Below the pieces are notes generated by a model that saw nothing but the letters and a program-made list of their open reading frames with translations, made no database searches and had not been told where the DNA came from. Made by a program: the position numbers and the translations under genes. This document shows, piece after piece, positions 46,509 through 55,775 of a stretch of DNA of 64,000 nt (position 1 is its first letter; each line of letters begins with the position of its first letter). This DNA is from an uncultured Ignavibacteria bacterium (GTDB taxonomy: Bacteria > Zixibacteria > MSB-5A5 > SM1-73), in contig CAYOFL010000001.1 in NCBI GenBank assembly GCA_964403165.1, forward strand, positions 6,521 through 70,520, written 5' to 3'.

Positions 46509-46592
46509 TGCCGGAGTGGTGAAATTGGTAGACGCACGGGACTCAAAATCCCGCGACCCTCGGGTCGTGTCGGTTCGATTCCGACCTCCGGC
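46509..46592 (+). tRNA. tRNA-Leu (anticodon CAA), no encoded CCA
   Basis: Acceptor stem GCCGGAG/CTCCGGC, anticodon loop CTCAAAA, long variable arm CGACCCTCGGGTCGTG, T-loop GGTTCGATTCC. Confidence 0.9.
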
Positions 46593-46703
46593 ACAATGCA
46601 ATCAGGGGAATTCGAGAGAGTAAAGGGGGGGTCTTTTTTGTATGGTTTCAGGGGTGGACCCACCTTAAGCAGGGATATAATCGGTTAAAAAATGCCCCAA
46701 ACC

Positions 46704-47246
46704 CTATAATAGAGCTTGTCTTTTCTTCTCTTCCAGCAGGACAGAGCAAGCCTTGCAGAAATTTTTCGACTTGAAATCAATCTCTTCAGCGTAAGTGTAT
46801 GCATGCATCACGCACTCTGGTTCACGGCAGTGAATCAAACCAAAAGTATGTGCCAACTCGTGAATAGCTTCCTTTTCCAGCCGTTCTTTCAGCCGCTTTC
46901 GATTTTTGGGTAGTCCATAAAGCTCGTCTCGCAGACGATAGGAAGAGACTACCGCCGCTTTTCCTTCTAACTGAGCCTCGCCAAAAACAAAGGTTAGAAC
47001 CGGGACGTATAGGTCCACGTTGGTAACCCCTAAGACTTTGCAATTTTCTTCTGAAACCTTTTTCAGAAGCTGAGACAAAATCCAGGTGGAGTTGAATTGA
47101 TTTCGAACCAGATCATATCCTTCCTTTAAGGAAAAGGGCTCTTGCAGGAGAGAGACCGGTATTTTAAAGACCTTGGCGAGAACGGAAGAAAGATCTTCCA
47201 ATAGGTCGTTGTCTGCGAAACGGAGTGGCGTTATATAAAGCTTCAC
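46704..47246 (-). CDS. Archaemetzincin-like zinc peptidase (M54 family)
   Basis: HELAHTFGLIHCREPECVMH...CKAC matches the HExxHxxGxxHC...CxM...CxxC archaemetzincin signature. GTG start. Confidence 0.75.
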   Translation of the reverse strand: MKLYITPLRFADNDLLEDLSSVLAKVFKIPVSLLQEPFSLKEGYDLVRNQFNSTWILSQLLKKVSEENCKVLGVTNVDLYVPVLTFVFGEAQLEGKAAVVSSYRLRDELYGLPKNRKRLKERLEKEAIHELAHTFGLIHCREPECVMHAYTYAEEIDFKSKNFCKACSVLLEEKKRQALL

Positions 47247-47248
47247 GT

Positions 47249-48610
47249 CTATTTTCGTAAACCATATTTTTTAATCTTATGATACAGAGTAGCTCTATCA
47301 ATCCCTAACATTTCGGCTGAGCGAGTTATGTTCCATCCCATCTGCTCCAGAACATTCTTTATCTGAGCCCTTTCCACCGCTTCTAAGCTCTGATCATCAG
47401 GAAGGGCTTTTGAAGATGAAGGAATGGGAAGATCGTCCACAGTAATGGAAGACCCTTTTGCTACAACCACAGCTCTTTCGATGGCATTCCTCAGCTCTCG
47501 CACGTTCCCCGGCCAATCATATTGCTTTAATTTTTCCATTGCATCGGGAGAGATACGGGTTACGGGTTTGTTCGTGCTATTTGCCAGTTTCTTAAGGTAA
47601 TAATTGCACAAGAGCGGTATATCGGTGCGTCTTTCCCTCAAAGGAGGGATAGAGATGGAAAAGACGTTCAGCCTGTAATACAGATCCTCCCTGAATTTTT
47701 CCTCTTTGACAGCCAGCTCCAGATCACGATTGGTGGCACATATCAGGCGGAAATCCACCTGGATGATTTCATCCCCACCCACTCGAGTGAATTGTTTGGT
47801 TTCAATTACTCGCAAAAGGTCGGTCTGAGCTTTAGCGTCGATGTTTCCCACTTCATCCAAAAAGATGGTGCCTCCATTAGCCATCTCAAATTTTCCCTTG
47901 CGCCGATATAAGGCTCCGGTAAAAGCTCCCTTTTCGTGTCCAAAAAACTCACTTTCCGTCAAACCTTCTGTTAACCCCCCACAGTTGATGGTAATAATAG
48001 GGAAAAATCGCCTGGGGCTATTGGAATGAATGGCCCGGGCGATAAGCTCCTTACCAGTTCCGCTTTCTCCCTTAATCATTACGCTGGTATCTGTGGGAGC
48101 CACGGTTTTGATCAGGTCAAAAACTTTCGACATGGCTGGACTCTCCCCGACGATCTGGTCTATTTCATAAAGCTCCTGAATTCTTTCTTTGAGCTGGATA
48201 TTTTCCGAAAGCAATCGTCTTTGTTTGATGGCGTTGGCAACCAGATGAGAAAGGTAATCCGGGTCCACTGGCTTGGTAACATAGTCATACGCTCCCTCCT
48301 TGAGGGATTTAACTGCCGTATCCACGGAGGCATAAGCCGTGATCATGATAATGGTGGCATCTGGATCGATTTCTTTAATCCTCTGCTGTAACTCCATTCC
48401 GTCCATGCCCGGCAATTTTATGTCCAGAAAGATAATATCCCAAATTCCGGGCTTGAGTTTTTTTAAAGCCTCGTTGGCATCGACAGCAGCGTCTGCTTTG
48501 TAACCATCTTCGATAAACCATTTGGTCAGCGAATCACGCACGCTGAGCTCATCGTCCACAACTAAAATGCTTACTGATTTATCATTTTTGCTGAAATTCA
48601 TCACACTCAC
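47249..48610 (-). CDS. Sigma-54-dependent response regulator (NtrC family)
   Basis: Receiver domain (DD...D...K), AAA+ GESGTGKE, GAFTGA loop, C-terminal Fis-type HTH. Confidence 0.9.
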   Translation of the reverse strand: MSVMNFSKNDKSVSILVVDDELSVRDSLTKWFIEDGYKADAAVDANEALKKLKPGIWDIIFLDIKLPGMDGMELQQRIKEIDPDATIIMITAYASVDTAVKSLKEGAYDYVTKPVDPDYLSHLVANAIKQRRLLSENIQLKERIQELYEIDQIVGESPAMSKVFDLIKTVAPTDTSVMIKGESGTGKELIARAIHSNSPRRFFPIITINCGGLTEGLTESEFFGHEKGAFTGALYRRKGKFEMANGGTIFLDEVGNIDAKAQTDLLRVIETKQFTRVGGDEIIQVDFRLICATNRDLELAVKEEKFREDLYYRLNVFSISIPPLRERRTDIPLLCNYYLKKLANSTNKPVTRISPDAMEKLKQYDWPGNVRELRNAIERAVVVAKGSSITVDDLPIPSSSKALPDDQSLEAVERAQIKNVLEQMGWNITRSAEMLGIDRATLYHKIKKYGLRK

Positions 48611-50196
48611 CTCTTATTTTGCTCCTTTTTCGAAATTTGAGATTTTTCAAAGGAGAGCCTGTTTTTTTCATTCTCAATGGAATGCAGGGGAAGTTCAATA
48701 ATGAAAGTGGAGCCTTGTCCCAGCACTGAGGTAACCTCGATTTTTCCATTGTGTCTCTCTATAATACCATAGCACACCGATAAACCCAAACCTACTCCCT
48801 TGCCTTCCTTCTTGGTGGTATAGAAAGGTTCGAAAATATGCGGAAGATCCGCGGGAGCGATGCCTGGGCCGGTATCTTGAATCTGAATTTTCACTTTCTT
48901 TTTACGCAAATTGGAATTGGTTATTATACTTAAGCTGCCACCGTGGGGCATGGCCGCTGTGGCGTTATCTAAAATTGCCAAGAATGCCTGTTGGATCTGG
49001 TCTTTGTCGCAGATAACTTCTGCCCTCTCCCCCTGATAAGCTTTGACCAACTCTATATTGTTCAATTTCAAGTGATGTTCCACCAACTGCATACAACGGT
49101 CTAAGATCTGGTGCAAATCGACTACAACAAACTCTCCTATCTGCTTTTTGGAGAAAAGCAGGAGGTTTTTCACTATATTTCCACAGCGGCTGGTCTCGTC
49201 AGCTACTATAGAGAGGTCCTCCTGGATGGAGGAGAGCCGTTCAGGAGTCAAATTCGGTGAAGCCAGTTTCTTTTGCGTGAGCCGGGCGTAGGTCAATATT
49301 CCGCCCAGAGGGTTATTCAGCTCGTGTGCCACGCTAGCACAAAGTTTTCCCAAAGAAACCATCTTCTCCATCTGGACCAAGTGAGCCTGAATACGTCCCA
49401 ACTCTTCACGTGCCTTTTTTAATTCGGTGGTCATGATGTTGAAAGAATTCGCCAGTTCCCCGATTTCATCTTTTCGGTGAAGAGGAATGGTATAATCTAG
49501 GTTTCCCTGTGCAATAGCCCTTGTGCCCTCAGTCAGCTTGCGAACGGGCGCACGAATCAAAGTCCAGATCAAAAACCCTGTCACAAAAAGAACGCTGATC
49601 ACCAAGATAACAGATACCAAGATGGTCTGACGGCGGCTACGGGCAATGTCCGCATCTACGGTGGCCAAAGACATCTGCACGTCCAACACTCCCAGGATGA
49701 ATTTCTCATCCGGGTGTAAATGACAGCCGGAGCCGTAACAGGCTGGCTCGTTTTCTATGGGATTGATCAAAGCCAAGATCCGATGACCATCTGGAGCAGT
49801 TATGATCCTGTGGCGCTCTTTGGTGGCCAGAGCTTTAAGCGGTTCCGGATAGCGGTGACATACCTGACAAGCCTCGGAATTAATGGTAACTTTGGTTGAT
49901 GCTTCCTCAGGACGAGTGGTGAAAATGACTTCACCGTTTTTGTCGTAAATCCGAGTAACCTCAAACCCCGGCATCTGGCGGAAGTTTTCGAATATTTGAT
50001 GAATGTCCTCCTTACGGTTTATCAGCATGCTGTAATGAATGGATTCTTTGATCAGATCGGTAGTCCGGAGGGCGGCTAATTCAACCTGCTCCAGAAGGTC
50101 ATTGGCCTCGCTCTTAACGTTTATATAAGTAAAGGTAGCCAGGCCCACAAACATCACCAAGAACAGTGCAATGAAAAACTTTAATCCTAAAGGCAT
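48607..50196 (-). CDS. Sensor histidine kinase with extracytoplasmic domain carrying c-type heme-binding motifs, HAMP, HisKA and HATPase
   Basis: TM1 and TM2 bracket about 165 aa containing CQVCH and CYGSGCH. H-box SVAHELNNP. N, G1 (DTGPGI) and G2 (GVGLGLS) boxes. Confidence 0.85.
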   Translation of the reverse strand: MPLGLKFFIALFLVMFVGLATFTYINVKSEANDLLEQVELAALRTTDLIKESIHYSMLINRKEDIHQIFENFRQMPGFEVTRIYDKNGEVIFTTRPEEASTKVTINSEACQVCHRYPEPLKALATKERHRIITAPDGHRILALINPIENEPACYGSGCHLHPDEKFILGVLDVQMSLATVDADIARSRRQTILVSVILVISVLFVTGFLIWTLIRAPVRKLTEGTRAIAQGNLDYTIPLHRKDEIGELANSFNIMTTELKKAREELGRIQAHLVQMEKMVSLGKLCASVAHELNNPLGGILTYARLTQKKLASPNLTPERLSSIQEDLSIVADETSRCGNIVKNLLLFSKKQIGEFVVVDLHQILDRCMQLVEHHLKLNNIELVKAYQGERAEVICDKDQIQQAFLAILDNATAAMPHGGSLSIITNSNLRKKKVKIQIQDTGPGIAPADLPHIFEPFYTTKKEGKGVGLGLSVCYGIIERHNGKIEVTSVLGQGSTFIIELPLHSIENEKNRLSFEKSQISKKEQNKR

Positions 50197-50406
50197 ATTT
50201 TACTCTTCAGGTAAATTTGTTACACCCGGAATGATCTCCTCAGTTGATCTTGTCCACCTTAAATAATATACTTATCTTCCGGCTAAACCAAAAGTATTTT
50301 TTTATTTTTTGGGAATCAAACTTGAAGTGGGGATGGGTTCCGGCAACATAAAAGGAGGCTTTCTCTGAATCTTACTTGCTTTACCTGCTCCGGTGGTAAG
50401 CTAAAT

Positions 50407-51243
50407 TTACCAAGCCTGTTTTCCAGATGCCATCAGTTCGACTGCCAATCTCAGGCAAACCGGGCCGGGCAAGACTTGATGAAGGTATTTGATATGCGCT
50501 CCCCCGTCAGGGAGGGTCTCTCCTATCTGGTCGACTTGAATGCCTCTATGTTTGAGAAGAAATTTCAAATGCTGAGCCTCTTCTTCTAAGAATCTTCTCC
50601 CTGTAAGTCCAGTATAAAACTTACCCAGTTCTGAGTCACTTGGGAACCACTCTATCTCCGCCAGCCAGCCTTCCCCATAAGGATCCTGTTGCATCAGCTC
50701 TGGGCACTGGGCTAATTTGGAATTCGTTTGTACCACACGTCCAGAAAGGGGAGAAGTTAAAGGGACTGTTCCTGCCTGGGCATGTACTTTCCCAAATAGT
50801 TGATTCTGGAGCACTTTCGTATTTGAACCATATAACTCCACCTCCACCACAGGCGGCAGGACATACGCTAATAGTTTGTCAATCCCCAGCATCCATTTCT
50901 GCTCCTCTACCCGACGAACCCAAAGGTGAGTGGGGTGCAAATACAATTCTCCGCCCACCTCACCTACCGAGAAGGTAAAGAAGAGAGGGGGGTTCTTGGA
51001 ATCACTGCTTGCTATGGGGAGTTTTTCGGATGACACCAGAGTTTTCGGTTTATGCCTTTTGACTCTGGACCTTACCTCTTTCAACCTGACCTGGGATCTC
51101 ATCACCTCGTCAAAATCACAGTGCTCGCAATCATAGTTAAGGGGACATAATTTGAAGGAGATAACTCCAGCGGTCATCCAGATGCAGCGGTTTTGCGCGG
51201 TAGCAGATTCTATTTTTTGCTTTTTTGTAACTCTTTTTTTCAT
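50407..51243 (-). CDS. Cys-rich N-terminal domain fused to a GcvH-like (glycine cleavage H fold) domain
   Basis: The N-terminal cysteines are spaced C-x12-C-x5-C-x2-C (CIWMTAGVISFKLCPLNYDCEHC). The C-terminal HLWVRR...LGIDKLL...PLSGRVVQTN...DPYGEGWLAEIE parallels GcvH, but no Lys sits at the lipoylation turn. Confidence 0.6.
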   Translation of the reverse strand: MKKRVTKKQKIESATAQNRCIWMTAGVISFKLCPLNYDCEHCDFDEVMRSQVRLKEVRSRVKRHKPKTLVSSEKLPIASSDSKNPPLFFTFSVGEVGGELYLHPTHLWVRRVEEQKWMLGIDKLLAYVLPPVVEVELYGSNTKVLQNQLFGKVHAQAGTVPLTSPLSGRVVQTNSKLAQCPELMQQDPYGEGWLAEIEWFPSDSELGKFYTGLTGRRFLEEEAQHLKFLLKHRGIQVDQIGETLPDGGAHIKYLHQVLPGPVCLRLAVELMASGKQAW

Positions 51244-51289
51244 AAAATCGCCTTATTTTGTAAAAAGTTCTTCTCCAGTCGGAGAATTG

Positions 51290-52516
51290 TCAATGCATCC
51301 CCCTATAGTCCGGGTGTTCCCGGTGGACGGGCATTCGGTTCACGATCCACCGGTAGATTAAAATCTCGACGGTGATTATAGTTATTACTAAGATCAATTC
51401 CTTCCAGTGAAAGAATTCACGGTGCGGAAGTTTCCAGTTGAGTGCGATCATTGAAACGGTAAAACGGTTGATGATCACACCGAGGATGGTAAAAAAGGCT
51501 GTAAACCGGATAAGATCTACATTTCTTTTTTGGACTCCATAGGCGAAATAGAAACAAGGGAGAAGGACGAAAACAAAAATCTCCACCAAAAACCAATGAC
51601 CCCACGATGTGTTCAAAAGGTTCCAGTGGTTCCCATGGGCAACCCCGACCCACTTCAGGCAAAAGTAGGTTAAGAGGACCAGGGAGGCGGCTCTGCCCAA
51701 GCCGATGGTAAGTTTGTCAAAGCTCGCAGCGCGATGAGGGTCCATCCGGCCTCTGAGTGCCCGACGGGAAAGCGTGCTTTCAGCGATCACCATGGAAAGC
51801 CCGGCGAAGATGCTGGAAACGAAGAAAAACAAAGGTATGAACTCCGAATACCAGAGGGGATGTAGTTTTCCCGGGGCCAGAAGAAACAACGCCCCCAGTG
51901 CAGACTGGTGAAGTGTCGACAGAATTACCCCGAAGATCGTGGCTCCAATGGTTACCCTCAGGGCCCATCTGCGGAATCTATCCGAGCCAATCCACTCAAA
52001 GATGGTCGGGCAAAACTCTACGAACTGGGTTGAAAGATAGAGAGCCACATGCCAGCCCACCAGAAACAGAACAGAGGTTGTGCCAAATGAGATAGTCATG
52101 GGGTAAGGCAGTCGCCAGGGGCGACCCAAATCAAACAGGAGAAAGACCACAGCGAAGAGGTAACCTATTAAGCCTGTAAGGACAGCGGGTCGAACAAGCG
52201 AGTGGTAGTCTTTCAATCCAAAGAGATAAACGGCTGATGCCATTATATATCCTGTGGCAGCAAGAGGGACGCCGGTGAAAAGCCCCCACCCAAGAAAGAG
52301 TCCCCAGGGTTGATCTTGTGAGGCGTGCGTCACAGCGCCGAGTCCTTGAGTAAACCGCATTATCACAAAAGGAAGCCCAATCAGAATAATGATTCCAGCG
52401 ACGATGTTGAAAGGCTTGATTAGCCCCTTCAGGTATTCTTTGACACTGAGTCCGAGGAATATCCTATCTCGTACCCAAGACTGGACAACAGCTCTTTTTT
52501 CCGCATACTCGGCCAT
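51290..52516 (-). CDS. NrfD/PsrC-family integral membrane quinone-interacting subunit
   Basis: 408 aa with about 10 TM helices. Located after a Tat-exported 4Fe-4S subunit, as in Hmc/Nhc/Ohc, Psr and ACIII modules. Confidence 0.75.
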   Translation of the reverse strand: MAEYAEKRAVVQSWVRDRIFLGLSVKEYLKGLIKPFNIVAGIIILIGLPFVIMRFTQGLGAVTHASQDQPWGLFLGWGLFTGVPLAATGYIMASAVYLFGLKDYHSLVRPAVLTGLIGYLFAVVFLLFDLGRPWRLPYPMTISFGTTSVLFLVGWHVALYLSTQFVEFCPTIFEWIGSDRFRRWALRVTIGATIFGVILSTLHQSALGALFLLAPGKLHPLWYSEFIPLFFFVSSIFAGLSMVIAESTLSRRALRGRMDPHRAASFDKLTIGLGRAASLVLLTYFCLKWVGVAHGNHWNLLNTSWGHWFLVEIFVFVLLPCFYFAYGVQKRNVDLIRFTAFFTILGVIINRFTVSMIALNWKLPHREFFHWKELILVITIITVEILIYRWIVNRMPVHREHPDYRGMH

Positions 52517-52518
52517 GG

Positions 52519-53439
52519 TTAGTTCTCCTTTTTCTCCAGGAATTCCGCTTCCTCCTCATCCGTCTGCGCCCGATGCTGGGTGAACATGTAAAAGCCTCCT
52601 AAGAGGGCAGGCCAAATCACAAGTACGGCAGGAACCATGGAAAGGAACCCTTTGGTTAATTCCGGATAGGGCTTGGTGCCAATGTCCATGGGGAACCCCA
52701 ACTGTTCAAAGGGAACTCCTGAAATATATAGCCAGGAGGTTCCTCCCACTTCATGTTCTCCATAGATGTGGTCGACATATTTATCCGGATGATCCAGGAT
52801 CCTCCTCCAGGCAACTTTGATCAAGTCACTTCGCTTGCCGAAAGTCATGGCCTCCATGGGACAAGCCTCGACACATGCCGGAATGCCACCTTTGGAAATC
52901 CTGGTATCGTAACACATAGTACATTTTTTGATCTCCGGGGAAAACGGGTCATGGTACTCGTAAGCCGGGACGTAGAAGGGGCAGGCGGTCATACAATAGC
53001 GGCAACCTACACATACACCCTTGTTGTAAGTGACTGGCCCTTCCGGTGTTTTTGTGAAAGCTGCTACCAAGCAGGCAGAAGCGCAGGCCGGCTCGTCGCA
53101 ATGCCTGCATTGGTGCTTAACATAAATCGGCGATCCTTCAGGCTTAGGATTGGGATAACGATTAACCACAGTATAGGCCTTCTCGGTTGTTCTCCTTGTC
53201 TTTTCGAAGACAGATTGATCTTCAAAAGGAACCTCTGGTGGCGGCAAGTTATTCACCTGGTTGCAGGCAGCTTCGCACGTGCGACAACCAACACAACGGG
53301 TAAGATCGGTAAGAACACCAAAGCGATCTGGATAACCGGTAAGATGTTCGGCCCCGTGCGCCAACTTAGATTTACCAACCAAGCCCGCACCTCCAGCCGC
53401 TGCGGCAGCTTTCAAGAATTTTCTTCGGCTTATTCCCAT
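52519..53439 (-). CDS. Tat-exported 4x[4Fe-4S] ferredoxin subunit (NrfC/HmcB/DsrO-like) with C-terminal TM anchor
   Basis: Twin-arginine signal SRRKFLKAAAAAG. Multiple CxxCxxCxxxCP clusters. Hydrophobic C-terminal helix. Confidence 0.85.
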   Translation of the reverse strand: MGISRRKFLKAAAAAGGAGLVGKSKLAHGAEHLTGYPDRFGVLTDLTRCVGCRTCEAACNQVNNLPPPEVPFEDQSVFEKTRRTTEKAYTVVNRYPNPKPEGSPIYVKHQCRHCDEPACASACLVAAFTKTPEGPVTYNKGVCVGCRYCMTACPFYVPAYEYHDPFSPEIKKCTMCYDTRISKGGIPACVEACPMEAMTFGKRSDLIKVAWRRILDHPDKYVDHIYGEHEVGGTSWLYISGVPFEQLGFPMDIGTKPYPELTKGFLSMVPAVLVIWPALLGGFYMFTQHRAQTDEEEAEFLEKKEN

Positions 53440-53560
53440 CAGTAATCCTCCACTTAGTTTTGTTTGACCGTTATTTTCCTAAAGTCTCTTTCTCTCTGTT
53501 GTGTAACTGAATAAAACAACAAATGCGGTCAGAGCCTTCCGGCACCAACTGCGCGTGATT

Positions 53561-54349
53561 CTATTTCTTACTTACACCTGTCTTTTGGCTTACCTTCTTG
53601 GCATGGCATTCCGTGCAACCCACAGGGCCACCAATCTCCTTATGACAACCCATACATTGTAGATGGTATGCACCTTTAAGGCCTGGCATGTTCAGATTTT
53701 TAGGGTCAAACGGGGCACCATGGCATTCCCTGCATGAGGGAGTCTGACCAGCAGGGCTGTGATGATGGCACGTTGCGCAATTATCACTTATCACGGCATG
53801 CATGGCATGAGAAAATATCACCGGTTGGTATAACTTCTCCAGACTACTCATGGTATAGGTCTCTGTCACATGTTTCGAGCTCTTCTTCCCCACTACTTCT
53901 TTAGATGCAGGCTTAACCGGTGGCGTCTGGCTGGTTCTCTTGGTGTGACACTCCATGCAGCCGGTGGGCCCCATCTCCATCTCCCTATGACAACCCATGC
54001 ACTGGCGATGATATGCATCCTTGAGTCCTGGCATACCCGATTCCTTGGAAACCACTGAAGCCCCGTGGCACTTATTGCAGGATGGAGTCTGACCTGCTTC
54101 ACTGTGGTGGTGACACGTGGCACAATCCTCAACTACAAGGGAGTGCATGCCATGAGAGAATTCCACCGGTTCGTATATTTTGGCTATGGTGCCCAAGGAG
54201 CAAGTCTCAGGACCATTTTCTGAGGAGTATGTAGTTGCCTTGTTTGAAAGAATAAAAAGGCCAACGCATAACACCAGGACAGTGCCTAATATCGTTTTCC
54301 TGATCATTATATGCGAAGCATTCATACGAATCTCCCTTTTGTTTGGCAT
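53561..54349 (-). CDS. Octaheme cytochrome c (two tandem tetraheme cytochrome c3-like units)
   Basis: Eight CxxCH motifs in two repeats: CATCH, CNKCH, CMGCH, CMECH, then CATCH, CRECH, CMGCH, CTECH. N-terminal signal/anchor. Confidence 0.85.
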   Translation of the reverse strand: MPNKREIRMNASHIMIRKTILGTVLVLCVGLFILSNKATTYSSENGPETCSLGTIAKIYEPVEFSHGMHSLVVEDCATCHHHSEAGQTPSCNKCHGASVVSKESGMPGLKDAYHRQCMGCHREMEMGPTGCMECHTKRTSQTPPVKPASKEVVGKKSSKHVTETYTMSSLEKLYQPVIFSHAMHAVISDNCATCHHHSPAGQTPSCRECHGAPFDPKNLNMPGLKGAYHLQCMGCHKEIGGPVGCTECHAKKVSQKTGVSKK

Positions 54350-55036
54350 TTAGATTTGTTTGCTCACGTCTGTATTAAAAAACTCCTGGGTTACCTGTTC
54401 CCATTGTTGCGGAGTTAATTCATCACCTAAATTGGGTTTGATCTCCCCGCCTTCTTGTAAAACTGGATATTCGCCTGGCACTAAAACAGCTACCAACTGC
54501 TCCTTGACCGCTTGGTTCCAACGAGCCAATGTCTCTCCTGAAAAAAGATTCTTTAGTTCTCGAGCCAGACCGGTAGGTTCAACCTTTAAAATCCAATTTT
54601 CTTTTGGATTTTTCTGATTTAAGAGTTTTGGATTTTCCATAAGCTTCTTGTTGACCTCCACGACTCTACCACTGATGGGGGAGGCTTGAACTAATTCCCT
54701 TTCGCCTCTTTTTATTTTCCAAGCTTTACTCCCCTGGTAAATTTTATCGCCCTGGCTGGGAAGCTCGATCTTTTGAATGGAACCGAAAACTGATGAGGTG
54801 AACTCATCCATTCCCACATTCACCACATTGGGTTGGAGTACCTCTGCCCAACTATGAGTTGGGTGAGTAAAGATTTCCTTACTGATTTTGAAGGATTCAA
54901 CAGCTAATTCTGTCAGTGGACGGTAATGAGGATTACTCAAAAATCTCCAGAAAAAAATGAATAGCACCATGAACACAATAGCTATTAAATACTCATTACC
55001 TTTGGTTGCAAGCAGAAATTCCTGAAGAGTATGCAT
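54350..55036 (-). CDS. Membrane-anchored GcvH-like protein (paralog 1)
   Basis: One N-terminal TM helix. HPTHSWAEV...VGMDEFT...PISGRVVEVNKKLMENPKLLN...WILKVEP parallels GcvH. Confidence 0.6.
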   Translation of the reverse strand: MHTLQEFLLATKGNEYLIAIVFMVLFIFFWRFLSNPHYRPLTELAVESFKISKEIFTHPTHSWAEVLQPNVVNVGMDEFTSSVFGSIQKIELPSQGDKIYQGSKAWKIKRGERELVQASPISGRVVEVNKKLMENPKLLNQKNPKENWILKVEPTGLARELKNLFSGETLARWNQAVKEQLVAVLVPGEYPVLQEGGEIKPNLGDELTPQQWEQVTQEFFNTDVSKQI

Positions 55037-55089
55037 CTTTAGGCCCTTTCGATATTGTTAAGTTATCGCAACTGCTCCTTTGTCTGTCT

Positions 55090-55728
55090 TTAAAAAAACT
55101 CCTGAGCTATCTTTGCCCACTGTTGAGATGTTAATTCGTCTCCCAAATTAGGTTTGATTTCCCCTCCTTCTTGCAGGACTGGAAATTCTGCTAAAGTCAG
55201 GGTAGCTACCAACTGTTCTTTTATAACTTGATTCCACCGAGTTAGCATATTCCCATGGAGCAGATTTTGCAGTTCTCTTTTCAGTCTGATGGGCTTGATT
55301 TTTAATATCCAGCTCACTCTGGTATCCTTTTGGAGTAAGAACTTGGGATTGTGCACCAGATCTTGATTGATTTCCACCACTCTTCCGCTGATGGGTGCAG
55401 TTTGAACCAGTTTCCGTTTTCCTCTTCTTAAACCCCAGACTTTTCCACCTTGTTGAATGATAGTGCCCGGCTCTGGAAGAGTGAATCGGTCAACCGAACC
55501 AAAGACAGATTTGGTGAACTCATCAGTTCCAACAGTAACCAAGTTGGGCTTGATCGCCTCCACCCAGGCATGTCCTGGATGGACAAAGATTCCTTCCATG
55601 AATGGGATCAATTTGGCTTTGTGGGCTTCCTTTTGGGGAACCGCCGCATGTTTCCTTTCAAGCCAGGTGCCTATTCCAATTGCGATCCCCACGAAAAGCA
55701 GAGCAAGGATTACGGACATTTTAATCAC
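55090..55728 (-). CDS. Membrane-anchored GcvH-like protein (paralog 2); the likely true start is the ATG at 55719
   Basis: N-terminal TM helix followed by a basic stretch. HPGHAWVEA...VGTDEFT...PISGRVVEINQDL...WILKIKP. RBS aggtga precedes the ATG at 55719. Confidence 0.6.
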   Translation of the reverse strand: MIKMSVILALLFVGIAIGIGTWLERKHAAVPQKEAHKAKLIPFMEGIFVHPGHAWVEAIKPNLVTVGTDEFTKSVFGSVDRFTLPEPGTIIQQGGKVWGLRRGKRKLVQTAPISGRVVEINQDLVHNPKFLLQKDTRVSWILKIKPIRLKRELQNLLHGNMLTRWNQVIKEQLVATLTLAEFPVLQEGGEIKPNLGDELTSQQWAKIAQEFF

Positions 55729-55775
55729 CTCGACTTTTTGTTAATGGTTAACGGTTCATTGCATCGCCTAATAAA

